Part shown: one piece after another, positions 40,686-54,064 of the stretch
Numbering within the stretch: position 1 is the stretch's first letter
How the letters are laid out: each line of letters starts with the position of its first letter
Source: Octopus sinensis
Lineage: Eukaryota
Assembly: GCF_006345805.1 (NCBI RefSeq)
Contig: NW_021833263.1
Location: forward strand, 1 to 64,000
Length of the DNA: 64,000 nucleotides
Direction of reading: 5' to 3'
Notes under the pieces: model-generated
What the model saw: the letters and a program-made list of their open reading frames with translations, nothing else
Database searches by the model: none
Told to the model about the DNA's origin: nothing
Program-made: the position numbers and the translations under genes

Positions 40686-40893
40686 GTTAATCCAAACATG
40701 AAAACGCAAAAAGAAAACACAAAAACGCGAGGACGTGGAACAAGTATAGTGTTATTGGACGCGCAGGAAAGGAAGGGAAGAAGGAGGATTTAACGCTTCG
40801 AGCGGAGCTCTTCGTCAGAAACATAGGAAAAGGAAAGATCCAAGGACGGGAAGACGGAGGAAAAAAATCGCCAACGGCACACACGCGGTCACA
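40686..40893 (-). mobile_element. Family B copy 4, HHR 40788-40822 with GAAA>GAAG
   Basis: Same termini and body as 13444-13650; CTGACGA core but with an A15.1G change. Confidence 0.8.
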
Positions 40894-41498
40894 TATATAT
40901 ATACACGCATATATACCCGAAAGGCTAGTTATGCACGGCAAGCGAGTTTGAATTAAAGACCTCAATACTGGGTTAGATGTCATGAATAACACTATATATA
41001 GGATTAAATTAAAATAATTCTTGACAAGTTGCCATATGTTTCGCTTAGTACGAGCGTAAAAGACTACTCGTTCGGAATGCAACATTTGGCCATCTGTAAT
41101 GAATCATTTTAATTTAATGTAGTCATGTGTGTGTGTGTGTGTGTGTGTGTGTTAGTATTTACATATTTACAAAAAACCGGCGCTGTGTCAAAATGGTAAC
41201 TAAGGTAATCGATAAAATATAGATCGATAAACCAAGTGTCAGACCTAAATAAGTAAATATATAAGCGAATATACAAAAGAATTTACATTTACATCTATGA
41301 CCAGACGAACTACGTGATCACGATCTCAGCACCGCTGCACATTGTTATGGCTGTCATTATACCACTAACATTACTATCACATAAACCACAGCTACCGCCA
41401 CCATGTTCACCACTATAACCGCCACCACCGGTAGCAGCACCCCCATCATCCCAATCATAATTACTACCGTCATTAATATCACCACCACCACATCATCG

Positions 41499-41544
<46 letters not shown>

Positions 41545-42291
41545 CACTATCACCACCATTACCACCTTAATTGCTACTACCATCACCACCACAACCACTA
41601 TTACTACTACTATTATTACCACTACCATCACCAATCTCGTCAACTTCACCACCACCACCATCACCATCACCATCACCACCACCGCCGCCATCACCACCAC
41701 GACTATCACCAACACGGCTATCACCACCACGACTACCACAACTACCATTACCATTATCACCACAGTAGCCAATTCCATTATATTCCTCCTACTACCACAA
41801 TGATCCTCACCACCACCACCACCACCACCGTCACCATGGTCACACCAACCATGACCACCACCACAGCTATCACTACCATCCCCATCACCACCACAACCAT
41901 TGCCATTAAACTGACCTACAACGATCAACACCACCCCAACCATTACAACCAACCCTTAACCAGCGTCTCCCTCACCATCACCATCACTACCATCTTCATC
42001 AGCATTATTGCTACCATTATTACTATCGTTATCATCACCCCGCCTCCATAATAATCACGATCATTATCAACATCATCATCATCATCATCACCACCACCAC
42101 CACAACCATCGCCATCAAGACTAATGCTGCAGAAATATTCCCAGCATGCATCTACTCCAACCGAAGTAGACGAGATTACCGTAACCACCATTGCCACCAC
42201 CACTCCCACCAGTACCACTCCAACCGTCTTTCCACTACTACTACTACTATTATCATTATTGTTGTTGTTATTACTATTATTATTATTATTA

Positions 42292-42352
<61 letters not shown>

Positions 42353-42369
42353 CATCATCATCATCATCG

Positions 42370-42424
<55 letters not shown>

Positions 42425-42580
42425 ATACCCCCACCACCTCATCTCCTAAGAATAATGAGCACGGCTCTTCAGCAAACTCCTTTCCTGCTGTAAGATGGCT
42501 TCAAAAGGAGACATTATGTCACGTGTGGTCTTCCATAATAACCGAAAGGCTCCAAGACCTATTATGATTGCAATATAATT
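42425..42580 (-). mobile_element. Possible decayed R4/Dong-like 3' end abutting (TAA)n
   Basis: IAIIIGLGA..LQQERSLLKSRAHYS* loosely resembles PIIVRALG..LQKTALLGTARIL at 48356. It ends next to the (ATT)n array, which reads TAA on the minus strand. Confidence 0.3.
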
Positions 42581-42917
42581 AAGCAGTACGTGAGACAAGT
42601 TCGAGATACGTGCCGCCTTCCAGTGTTGCCGCTCTTCCACCACCACGACCACCACTATCTCTGTCGTCCCTCCCTCTCTGTTCCTTTCTCTCATTTTCCT
42701 CTCCCTCTCTCGCTTTCCCTCCCCCAGCTCTTTCTCCCCCCTCTATCTCTTAAATACATTGCCTCCCGTCTGTTTCACAAGTTCATTTTATTGATTTTCT
42801 TCTCAGCTTATTTTGTTTACATATATACTGTGTGATTTATGGCACTTATCATCATATAATTACTGCTGCTACAACTATAACTACTACTACTGTCACTACA
42901 ACCGGTGATAATAAAAA

Positions 42918-43307
42918 TTCAAATTTTGGTACAAAGCCAGCAAAGTTTTGAGAGGAGGGGCAAATTAATTACATCGAACCCATTACCCAAAACTCGAAAG
43001 GATGAAAGGAAAAGTTGACCTCAGCAAGATTTGAACTCAGAATGTTAAGAACAAGAATTTTGTTAGACACGCTAAATATTCTGCCAGCTCTCTGTTTTAA
43101 TAGTAATCAATAATTAATTTTGGCCTTAAATTTTGGGGGAGGGGCAAGTCGACTCCTACGACCCGAATGTTCAACTGATACTTATTTTCTCAAACCCGAA
43201 AGGGTGAAAGTCAAAGTCGACCTCGGCGGAATTTGAACTCATAACGTAAAGACGGACGAAATGCCGCTAAGCATTTTTGTCTGGCGCGTTAACAATTCTG
43301 CCACCTT
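42918..43307 (-). mobile_element. Two tandem SINE family 1 copies (42918-43092, 43118-43307)
   Basis: CGAAAGGATGAAAG..GTCGACCTCGGCGGAATTTGAACTC..AAATGCCGCTAAGCATTT..AACAATTCTGCC. Confidence 0.75.
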
Positions 43308-43492
43308 GTAATCTTAATAATATAGTAATAATTATGATGATGATGATGATGACGATTCCCTTTATTTTTCTACAGGGGCATCGTATGCAGGGTACATTAC
43401 AAGTTTAAAATTTAAGGGGTGTTGCACATAAAGATGAAGAGAGAGAAAGGGAGCAGAGTCGTGGGATAAATGTGTACAGAATAAGTGAATAC

Positions 43493-43625
43493 ATGGATGC
43501 TGCAGTCTTTCTGATACAGGAAAGTCTTCAACTAGGGCCAAAAGAAGGAACCCCATATATCCAGGATCACCCTATTATTTCAACGGCAGGAGGCCTCGCC
43601 CAACTGTTGTTCTTCAATCTACAGG
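43493..43625 (+). pseudogene. Possible LINE apurinic-like endonuclease N-terminal fragment
   Basis: MDAAVFLIQESLQL..PYIQDHP..GGLAQL resembles the D..(L/I)QE(T/S) and GG.A motifs of APE domains; short and isolated. Confidence 0.3.
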
Positions 43626-43674
43626 TGCATGCTTCGAAGTAGTCCCATTCTTCCACGTATAGATATATTCGCTA

Positions 43675-43895
43675 GGGGAGAACCTCTTGCTTCGACATTT
43701 TCACCTTTCCTTCAAATTTCAACTCGAAAAGGACGTTCAAAAGTAACCAAAGAGTATTTGACTGCTACTTTATTTTATCGTCACCGAAAGGATGAATGGC
43801 AAAGTGTCCCTTGACTAGATTCGAACTCAGAGTATAAAGAGCCGGAACCAAATTTTGTAATGAGTTTTCTTCGACGCTCAAACGATTCTGTCAAC
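43675..43895 (-). mobile_element. Degenerate SINE family 1 copy
   Basis: TTTTATCGTCACCGAAAGGATGAATGGCAAAGT..TTCGAACTCAGA. Confidence 0.6.
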
Positions 43896-44011
43896 TAATC
43901 GTTTTCAGATGATGCTTTCTGATTTCAGCATATGACTAGTAATTTTCAAGGTACTTTATTTTATCGATCCCCTCCTCTCTCTCTCTCTTTATATATATAA
44001 TATACGCACAC

Positions 44012-44102
<91 letters not shown>

Positions 44103-44104
<2 letters not shown>

Positions 44105-44307
44105 TAATCCAAACAAGAAAACACAAAAAAACACACCAACGCGAAGACGTGGAACAAATAAAGTATTATTGGACACTCAGGAAAGAAGGGAAGAAGGAGG
44201 GTTTAACGTTTCGAGCGGAGCTCTTCGTCGGAAACATAGGAGAAGGAAAGATCCCGAGAAGGGAAGACAGAGGAAAAAAATCGCTGGCGGTACTCATGAG
44301 GTCACAT
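44103..44307 (-). mobile_element. Family B copy 5, HHR 44201-44235
   Basis: Minus strand reads GTTT-CCGACGA-A-GAGC-TCC-GCTC-GAAA-CGT-T-AAAC; TA flank at the GGATTAACT end. Confidence 0.8.
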
Positions 44308-44417
44308 ATGCGCTAATATATATGTGTATTTGTATATAGATATAAATAGATAAATATTATACGTATGTATGCATATCTTATATATATATATATATAAATA
44401 TATATAATAGATATATA

Positions 44418-44449
<32 letters not shown>

Positions 44450-44598
44450 CAACATGTATATGTCTACAGACGGTAAACACATACAAACATAATCATATAC
44501 CCCGGGTTATATATATATATTATACATCTGCGTATGCAGGCGGGATTCTGTATTTGGTTTTATAAACATAAGTGAACATGTATATATAGTCATGGGTG

Positions 44599-44655
<57 letters not shown>

Positions 44656-45933
44656 ATATATATAGATATATATATTTACTTGCCTTCACAAAATCTAGGT
44701 CCAAATTCTTACTTTTAGTCTTAGACTCTATTTATATAAACACATATATTTATATGTAAATGTACACATGCATTCATATATATATACAGGCACATACGCA
44801 CATGTATTGTACACACACACACACACTCACATACACATCATTAAACAGACATATGAATACATGGAAAAAGCACTCAGCATCTATTATGCCTTCGTTATTG
44901 TTATCATTCATACCGGAAGTAACGCCATTTAATTATATTACTCCGCTTCTAAAGATGCACAGACGTTCGACGTAAGAATGAAGGTAATCAATTTTGTATA
45001 ATGGAGCCTCAGGTGTTGCTATATTGTCTTCATGTCTCTCCAGCTTTATCTCTTACTCAGACGGACGATAATTCTCTTGTACTCACTCGCCATCTCCTTT
45101 TCCTTAGTATTTGTCGATTCCTCACACCCACACCTCAATCCTTTTCTCTCTATATACACATGATATATTACAGTTTCTCTCTCACACACTGTCACACATA
45201 TATACCGATGTATATGCATATGTATATATTAAATATATGCGTGTGTGTTTGTGCGTGTGTATATAATTTATAGATGCATTATATATACATACACGCCCAT
45301 GCACGCGCACGCACACACACATACAAACACACACACACAATGGATACATACATACAAAAATAATTACAGGCATACATACACACGTATCGGGAAATCTACA
45401 GGTACTCCAGCCATACTACAAGTTTAGATTTGTACAAGTAATTACAGGAGTACTTGGATATGTAATCAACTACCTCGTAACCAAGCTTTTCAAAACTAAA
45501 CACGAAAAAGCTAATTAGAAGACTACATATACCAGCCATCAATGGAAACTGTCAAGATATGCAAATCATTCGAAATGTTTAGCATATAGGTATATATGCA
45601 CATATCTAAACACATAATTATATGTATAGCTGCACACATGTAAAACAATACTGCCCTATACCCGCCTACCCTCGTCGACCAAATGTCACAGGCGTTTGAA
45701 TTTATCAAAGTCCAGTTGCTGCCTCCTAATACCACTCCCCTTCCATAATTTCTGAATCAGCAAGTGATTTATATACAAAAAATCTTTTTGCTACTTTTAG
45801 ACTGTCCAGACTATGACAATCCATCCTGGACACCTTCTTTCCAAAAATGATCCAAGAACCTTTCTACTCCTGGATAAGGAGCATGCGAAACGCGGGCAAA
45901 AAAATGAATGGTTTGTAATTGCTAATATATATA

Positions 45934-46140
45934 ATCTGGCAAAAATGTTAACACACCGGGCAAAATGCTCAACTGCATTTCGTCCGTCTTTACGTTCTGA
46001 CCTTAAATTCCAACAAGGTCGACTTTGTCTTTCATCCTTCCGAGGTCCATAAAATAAGTACCAGCGGAGCGCTGGGGGGTCAATGTATTCGATGTAACCC
46101 TCTCCCAACATTGCTAGCCTTGTGCCAATATTTGAAATCA
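45934..46140 (+). mobile_element. SINE family 1 copy
   Basis: CTGGCAAAAATGTTAACACACCGGGCAAAATGC..GTCGACTTTGTCTTTCATCCTT..GCCTTGTGCCAATATTTGAAA. Confidence 0.75.
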
Positions 46141-46439
46141 ATGTCAATAACCTACTCTAAATGTTTTCGCTTGCTTATTTCGGTCTACGAAAATCATGTT
46201 GAAATATTTCCCCTTGTTCAAACATCGCATAGACTAAAACTTACTAAGACTTCTATTAAAATATTCATGAATTTTTTAATAGTTTTTAAACTTTTATAAA
46301 GTTTTAAAATAATATTTACTATGTAATAATATACACTTATTTTATAAATGTTAATTATAATATCCGTTTCCTTTTATAATTTCGTAAAAGATATCTTTAA
46401 AAAAAACTGTGGTGCTTTAAAATATATTTAATGCTTTCT

Positions 46440-46476
<37 letters not shown>

Positions 46477-46495
46477 ATATATATATATATATTAT

Positions 46496-46561
<66 letters not shown>

Positions 46562-46644
46562 CATTTATATATATTGATGTGTGTGTGTGTGTGTGTGTGT
46601 GTAAATATATTGTTGCGATTTATTACGTTATTGCAGGAATATTG

Positions 46645-46854
46645 GTTTCAAATATGAGTACAAGGCCAGAAAAATAGTGGGAGAAGTTAAATCGATTATA
46701 TCGACCTCAGCGCTCATCTGGTACTCATTTTATCGATCCTGAAAGATTGAAAGGCAAAGTCGATTCCGGTGGCATTTGAATTTAGAACGTGAAGTTACAA
46801 GAAATGCCACTAACTATTTTGTCCGGTGGGGTAACTATTCTGCCACTTCACCTT
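46645..46854 (-). mobile_element. SINE family 1 copy
   Basis: Reverse complement of the same unit. Confidence 0.75.
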
Positions 46855-46997
46855 ATTGTACAAATACTGCATAGTTCTATTATACGCACTGTTTTTTTTT
46901 TTTTACCAAATATTAAAAAAAGATTAAAAATAGTACTGGGGTCGATTTGTTCGACTTCAGTTCTTCAAGGCGGTGCTCCAGTGTGGCCGCAGTCTAA

Positions 46998-47010
46998 TGA
47001 AATAATGATG

Positions 47011-47058
<48 letters not shown>

Positions 47059-47074
47059 TAATAAAATAATGATG

Positions 47075-47109
<35 letters not shown>

Positions 47110-47133
47110 TGATAATAATATAATATAATAATA

Positions 47134-47165
<32 letters not shown>

Positions 47166-47173
47166 TAATAATG

Positions 47174-47206
<33 letters not shown>

Positions 47207-47239
47207 GTAATAATAATAGTAATAGTAATAATAATAATA

Positions 47240-47281
<42 letters not shown>

Positions 47282-47348
47282 GTAATAGTAATAATAAGAA
47301 TAATAGTAATAATAATAGTAATAGTAATAATAATAATAATAATAGTAA

Positions 47349-47379
<31 letters not shown>

Positions 47380-47551
47380 AATAATAGTAATAGTAATAGT
47401 AATACTACTACTACTACTACTACTAATAATAATAATAGTAATAATAATAGTAATAGTAATGGTAATAGTAATAGTAATAGTAATAGTAATAATAATAGTA
47501 ATAATAATAATAATAATAGTAATAATAATAGTAATAGTAATAGTAATAATA

Positions 47552-47636
<85 letters not shown>

Positions 47637-47670
47637 AGATGATGGTGATGATGATGATGATGCTGATAAT
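46998..47670. repeat. ~670-bp (TAA)n array with TAG/TGA variants
   Basis: Directly visible. Confidence 0.95.
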
Positions 47671-48212
47671 CATCAGGCAGTGCCTCTCATGGCTTCTGAT
47701 CTTAACTGATTGGAAGTGTTATCATGTACATTGTTTTGTCTTGGTATAAAAGATGTGCTACAGCAAATATTCTGCTCAATGCCACAGATTTGCTTGTCAG
47801 TTGTTTGACCTTAACCAGTTGAGCATGTCCCTTAGTGGCTGACAATATGTGCATCTCTGATCACGAGCAGAAGTAGTGGGGGAGCATCATAGCCATGTGT
47901 TGAGAGGGATTCTTTGGGGTTTGAATAATTCACCTCTGGAAACATGGGTGGTTCTTTCAACATCCTTCAACAACCCTTATTCAGGGACCTTTTGAGTGGG
48001 ATGGGCTACTCAACCTGAAGAAAATTCTAACTGGGCCCCACCTGCACAGTCATGTGCTGTTTATCTTGATATGAGATCACCATGTCGCGCACATATGGTT
48101 GTCATGCATGTGTCTGGTGTACCCTTATCAGACGGGTAGTCATGATGGGTATATTGGGATTCGTATATTTTACCCCAGTGTCACTTTGATGGCATGAACT
48201 GCTCTCTCACTC
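47671..48212 (+). mobile_element. Unclassified ~540-bp non-coding insert bounded by (TAA)n-type arrays; possible LINE 3' UTR or non-autonomous retroposon
   Basis: Complex sequence with a sharp 3' boundary ...CTCTCTCACTC|AATAATAAT. No ORF and no TIR seen. Confidence 0.5.
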
Positions 48213-48275
<63 letters not shown>

Positions 48276-48321
48276 TATAATAATAATAATAATTATATAA
48301 TAATAAAATATAATAATAATA

Positions 48322-48355
<34 letters not shown>

Positions 48356-48357
<2 letters not shown>

Positions 48358-48636
48358 CAGGTTAGCTTGGGAAGTTAAGCAGTTGTGGTCGATGAAAAAG
48401 TTGGTCGTAGTACCAATAATTGTCAGAGCGCTGGGAACAGTGAGTAAAAATCTCGAGAAGTACATGGAACAAATAAGGGCTGCAATAAGGGTGGAGCACT
48501 TGCAGAAAACAGCACTGCTTGGAACCGCTCGAATACTCGGGAAGGTGCTCGGAAAATAAGAGGAGTCACCTTATCTTAGTTAACTGTTAGTGAACAGCTG
48601 ACACCGTAGTACAAGCGTTTGATGCTGTGCAAAGGC
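48356..48636 (+). mobile_element. R4/Dong-clade non-LTR retrotransposon 3' end in (TAA)n
   Basis: An open 67-codon frame DRLAWEVKQLWSMKKLVVVPIIVRALGTVSKNLEKYMEQI..LQKTALLGTARILGKVLGK* (stop 48557-59) matches the end of a restriction-like endonuclease domain. A short 3' UTR follows, with TAA repeats on both sides. Confidence 0.82.
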
Positions 48637-48690
48637 AATAATAATAATAATAATAATAACAATCATAATAAAATACACGTATATATCTAC

Positions 48691-48757
<67 letters not shown>

Positions 48758-49605
48758 ATACAATGAGACAAGTACACTATGTAAATATTTTAAAGTATCA
48801 GAAGCTAACATTAGAAAAACTAAATTAAAATTCCATCCTTTTACAGGGATGAACATTATAGCGATGTTAGTTATAAATGCCTGACAAATGTAGCAAGAAC
48901 ATTTTTAGGTGTGTAGTATTTTAGCAAAGCGCTCGTCTAATGTTTCGAGCATCTTTTTAATTTCGCTACTGAACTCAGGCACCTCCAACAATTGACCTTA
49001 AGTAAAACATGGTCATTCATAACAGCAAACAAAGTGAGGTCTTCCTCTCGATTCTTTACGGTGAATAAGCTTCCATATCTACTGTTGTCGATACACCCAC
49101 ATCTTTGTTTCTGCAACAGAATCCAATAAAGCTTAATCTTGGTGGTCGTAATGTGGTTGTTACTGGAGATTAGATAACATAAAGATCGGCATCGTTTTTA
49201 TGTCTCCTCCATGACGTGTTGAATGCTGAATGTTGCTCGTAGAAATACTATGAAGGCGCCGTGAAGACGACTTTATGGGGCTCCTGTTTAAGACAATAAT
49301 ATAATGAAATATAATGGTTGTTAAAACGCAAGGAAACTAGAATGTTAAATAATGTTATTTATATTAAGGTAAATATATGCAAATATTAAATATATCTTTA
49401 CCAGTTACAGGCGCTTGTTTCTGATACTCAGAACAGTAAAATAACTGGAATCGTGCCGTCATCAATGGATAACCAGAAGAGGAAGTATTAACAGAAGATA
49501 CTGCTTATATTATGCAGGATACTTGCATAACATATTGTACTGGTGGAATGCAAAAATTAACACCAGACCGAAACAGAAGAAATTGAATATATATATACAT
49601 ATATA

Positions 49606-49842
49606 TTCCGGGTTCAGTCCCACTGCGGGGCGTCGTCCCCACACCGCTTGACAACTGATGTTGATATATTTATGTCCCTGTAACTTAGCGGTTCGATAAA
49701 ACAGACCGATAGTATAAGTATTAGGCTTAGAAAGAATATCTCCTGAGGGACGATTTCTTCGACTAGAAACTTTTTAAGGCGTTGCTCTGGCATGGCTGCA
49801 GTCAGTTGACTGAAACGTGTAAAAGAATAAAAGTATAAAAGA
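49606..49842 (+). mobile_element. SINE family 2 copy with internal deletion
   Basis: TTCCGGGTTCAGTCCCACTGCG joined to CCGCTTGACAAC..GTAACTTAGCGGTTCG..GACTGAAAC. Confidence 0.75.
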
Positions 49843-49951
49843 ATGTGTGTGTGTGTGTGTGTGTGTTCTCATTTTGCTTTTTAATTTAGAGTAAATTTTG
49901 ACCGGCCACCTACTTGGTAGGAAGGTCGTGAATGAAAGCATCTTTTGTTCA

Positions 49952-50112
49952 TCATCTTTTAGATTCTAATGTCTTGTAGGTTTGCATAGTCCCAGATATC
50001 GTGATCTTTTGAAGTGTATGAATTAAGGATATGTGTTCTCTCCCCAAGAACTGAAGTTTGGCCATACTTTGCTCTGACGGGTTAGTATGTGTCCTGTTCC
50101 TCCAATAATAAT
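49952..50112 (-). pseudogene. Possible decayed REL-type LINE C-terminus
   Basis: IIIGGTGHI..KITISGTMQTYKTL..* resembles the PIIIGA.G..SI.GT.KI.KTF ends of REL-type elements. Confidence 0.3.
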
Positions 50113-51431
50113 AGATATGAAGCTGAAAGTCTTTCCTGGGTACTGGATGTATGTCTGCATATATTGTGTATTTAGAATGTTTTCTCTATATATTTACATG
50201 TATATCTCAGATATGTATTCGTTTTTTCGTTAGTTTGTTATTAGCATCAAAGCTACAGTCACGCTGGGGCACTGTTTATGCAAAGGGAAAGGAGTAGTTA
50301 TTTAAAGGGAAATAAGTCATGTATTACGCTAATTTTTTTAAAAATAAGTATATTTCTGTATGTCTAATGGGAGGAGATTCTAGTTATATGTTTCGTTTTT
50401 ATGTTCTACTTTATCATATCTACAACAAAGATGGAAATATAATGGAAACAATAATTCCCAAAACCTGGACATCTGACGATAATAGAGAACGTAGGAATTA
50501 CTTTATATATATTTAGCCAAAAAGCTACAGCAACCTCCCCGACCAATCTAAAATAAGTAATAAAATTCTCAACAATCCAAATTTGAATATATTTCTAAAA
50601 CTGTGTGGTCTATATTTAGAGATTCAAAGTGAGTGTCATCTCTTTTCAGTCTGTGATGCTTACTTTCTGTCTCGGGCATAAAATCTATTCACTTCTTTAT
50701 CACTCCCATTTTGGTAAAAGTCATACAAGTGTATTTTCATATTTTCCTATTGTAATTGTTGATTTCTTTTGTGTTGCTTGTCTTCTTATGTACTTTGTGT
50801 TACTGTTATTGTTTTTGATTATGATGTTGTTCTTGTGTAATGAGAGAGTGTATAATTGTGTGAAATCTATTAGCATTGGTTGATACTTAAAACAAAAGAA
50901 GACGAATACAGGCGAATTTAACAGCGATTTTTAGCATATTGGTTCACTGCATCAAACCTCCATCCCGAGATAAAATTATCGTAATTAATCAATTAGTGAT
51001 AATGCTTCATCAAGAATACTTAATGCAAATAAATACATTGTAGAGAGGCAAATTAACTACGGCGTTAGTCCGGAAAATGTGCATCTAGCAAGTTCACCGC
51101 TGCTACTGCGGAATTGTCCGCTTCTATTGATATATTTATGTTGTTAAAACACAGTACGTCCATGAAAGATATTATCTCATGGTGATTACCACAGTTAATA
51201 TAGCTTTCGCAGATGTATTTGTATTGGATATGATACACGGGTGACTATTTAATTCAATGTTGCTTCTGTTGCTCATGACAGACTGCTTTTTAGAAAAAAT
51301 GAATATTATCGGAGTTTCACAGGGAAAAAAGAATAAAAGAAAATTATGGGGGAAGGCTTCCGTTTTTCCGTTACCTGGAAGGTTATATTAGGGTGTCGTC
51401 CAACCAAGCTGAAAATGTTTCTTGTAAAAAA

Positions 51432-51500
<69 letters not shown>

Positions 51501-51501
<1 letters not shown>

Positions 51502-52268
51502 TTCATTATTGGCCACGCATGGCTGAACACAGAAGGGACAAAATACAAAGTGGAGCTTTTCTTTTTGGGAAGAAGAGAAGGAAAAAAAGGGAGGTCGAAT
51601 CCCGATCAAAAGGGATCGTGAAAAGAAAAAAAAAGTGGGGCCGATCAACAGGGATCGTGTATCACATAAATGTGAATGTAAAGAGGGAAAACAGACTAGG
51701 TTTGTCGGTGGATAGAAAAGCCTACGGAAAAGACCATGGGAACCTTGGGCAATAGTGTCATGCAAAAAGAAAACACATTACAGTAAGTGGCTCTCTTTTT
51801 TCATTTCGTTTTTTTCTTTTGGTTCATAGGATTATGCTCAAGCTGGCTCCGTCATTCACAAGTGCCATCCCTGCTACATTCACCCATCTTTTTTTGAAGC
51901 ATTCACTAGACAAAACTTTCCTCACTACTCTCACCTTCCTCTTCAATTAATACTTCAAGAAGTTGATGAGAGATTGACCAGAGAGGAAAGTGTTTGTCTC
52001 TAGACATTTCAGACGCGACCACCATACACATTCTTTCGCCATAGCCACAAGTGCGATGAAAATAGTTCTTCCTTCCCATTTCAAGGAAGGAGGCACGACA
52101 ATATTTGCGATAGACTCGGTTGATAAACCAACTCGTCCCACACGCGATAGCAGTCGTTCAACATAGGCCCACAGGTCGGAAATAGTTGGACACTGTACGA
52201 GTGCGTGCAGGACGGTTTCGTCGCTCTGACCGAATCTCGGACAAGTCGGCCCCGTGTTTCTCTAGCCA
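51501..52268 (-). mobile_element. Tx1/L1-clade LINE 3' fragment flanked on both sides by (GATA)n
   Basis: CPR(F)GQSDETVLHALVQC is a CX2CX8HX4C knuckle with the second Cys changed to Phe. There is a premature TAA at 51947-49, and the frame continues LKRKVRV..KKRWVNVA..SLSIIL* (51824-26). The pyrimidine-rich 3' UTR ends GCGTGGCCAATAATGAAA|TCTATCTA. Confidence 0.8.
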
Positions 52269-52299
52269 AGATAGATAGATAGATAGATAGATGGATAGG

Positions 52300-52377
<78 letters not shown>

Positions 52378-53993
52378 TAGGTATATAGGTAGATAGATAG
52401 ATAGACAGATTAACAGAAAGATGAATAGATAGATACATATACAAATGTATATAATACCCACATGTACACGAACATATACGCACACACACACTCACACACA
52501 CATCAGTTAAAGACCACTCTTACAAAAGCCACCGTAACCCTAGCTTGATTCGTTCCATATTAAACCTAAGCAGCTTACATCTATAGAACATTGCACAGTT
52601 CTATATGTGAACAGTTCTATATGTGAAAACATGAAAAAATATACATATTACATAAATTAGTAGAAAAATATGAGAGCCAGTGTTTCTTCTAGTTATACTT
52701 ACATACGTGCATACACAACACACACACACCCTTTCTTTCTCCCTTTCTCTCTTTCTCACACACTTTCTCTCTCCTTCTCTCTGATACAGACTCACACACT
52801 TTCCATCTCTCTTTCTCTCTTTCTCTCTTTCTCTCTTTCTCTCTTCTCTCTCTCACTCCCTCTCTCTCTCTCTCTCTCTCTTTCACAAACATACACACAC
52901 ATACACACTAGGAGAATATCTTTAAAAATGTAGGTTTGTGTGCAAACCTAGATTTCACAAAATCATTTCAGTAAAGATCCCTTCTGTATATGAGAAATTC
53001 TATTATACGGTATGTTTGGTTAATGTTTATTTAACCGGCTTTCCTTTGACATATCAAACAGTTCCTTGCTAAAGTATTCAAAACAGTCACATTTAGAGAG
53101 GTTCGCACTTAATAGAGGACTCCTGCATTTAAATACGGACGAAGATTGATTTACATGCAGTTTCTCTGGGGTACCAGATCCAGAATTCGTCGATTGTTTA
53201 GGAGTATAGGAGTTTAGGAGCTAAAAATAATTATTATCTGCTAATATTTCTCCTTCTGCTGTATTCCAAAGCGGGAAAGACTAGGGGTGAGTTTTATGCA
53301 ATACTGCTAGACAAGCTTCTCTTTTTGTATGCTGCCAGACACTGTTAGGATACGAAAAATTTGCATTCGAACATTTAGTAGAGTCTATGTACTAACATAT
53401 AAACGTATGGCTTATTCAGCTATCAGAAAACACACCCACACATACATACGAAACACAAGCAGACACACACGTGCGCGCGCACACACATTATGAATATGCA
53501 TATACATACACACACACAGACACATATATATATATATATAAATTATATATATATATAAATTATATATAATACATATACATAGAAACGTATATATACATAA
53601 ATATATATGTGTGTGAATATATGTATATACGCATATGTGTGCGTGTGTGTGTATATATGTGTGCATACATTTATACATGCCTACTAATCTGTTTGCAATA
53701 GGTATTCATTTAAATGTATTTACTACATATATATAATCGCACAAAAATACCGTGCCCCCTCCCGTCTGTCACCGACACCCACATACGTACATATATAAAA
53801 CTGTTACCAGAAGAAAATTCGACGTAGACAGCCATTGTTGAGGCAAAATCTTGTGTATGTATTCATATACATATACACACATATCTACACACACATACAT
53901 ACACGCAAACACACACGTAGATATATATGTGTGGGTACAGATAGACAGATATATTTCATATATATATATGTATGCACACACACACACACATAT

Positions 53994-54064
<71 letters not shown>

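Noticed and set aside
41479-42567. Poly-Val/Thr/Asn/Tyr ORFs
   Set aside because: Trinucleotide microsatellite translations.
46957-47749. 238-aa and 192-aa poly-Ile ORFs
   Set aside because: Translations of the (TAA)n array.
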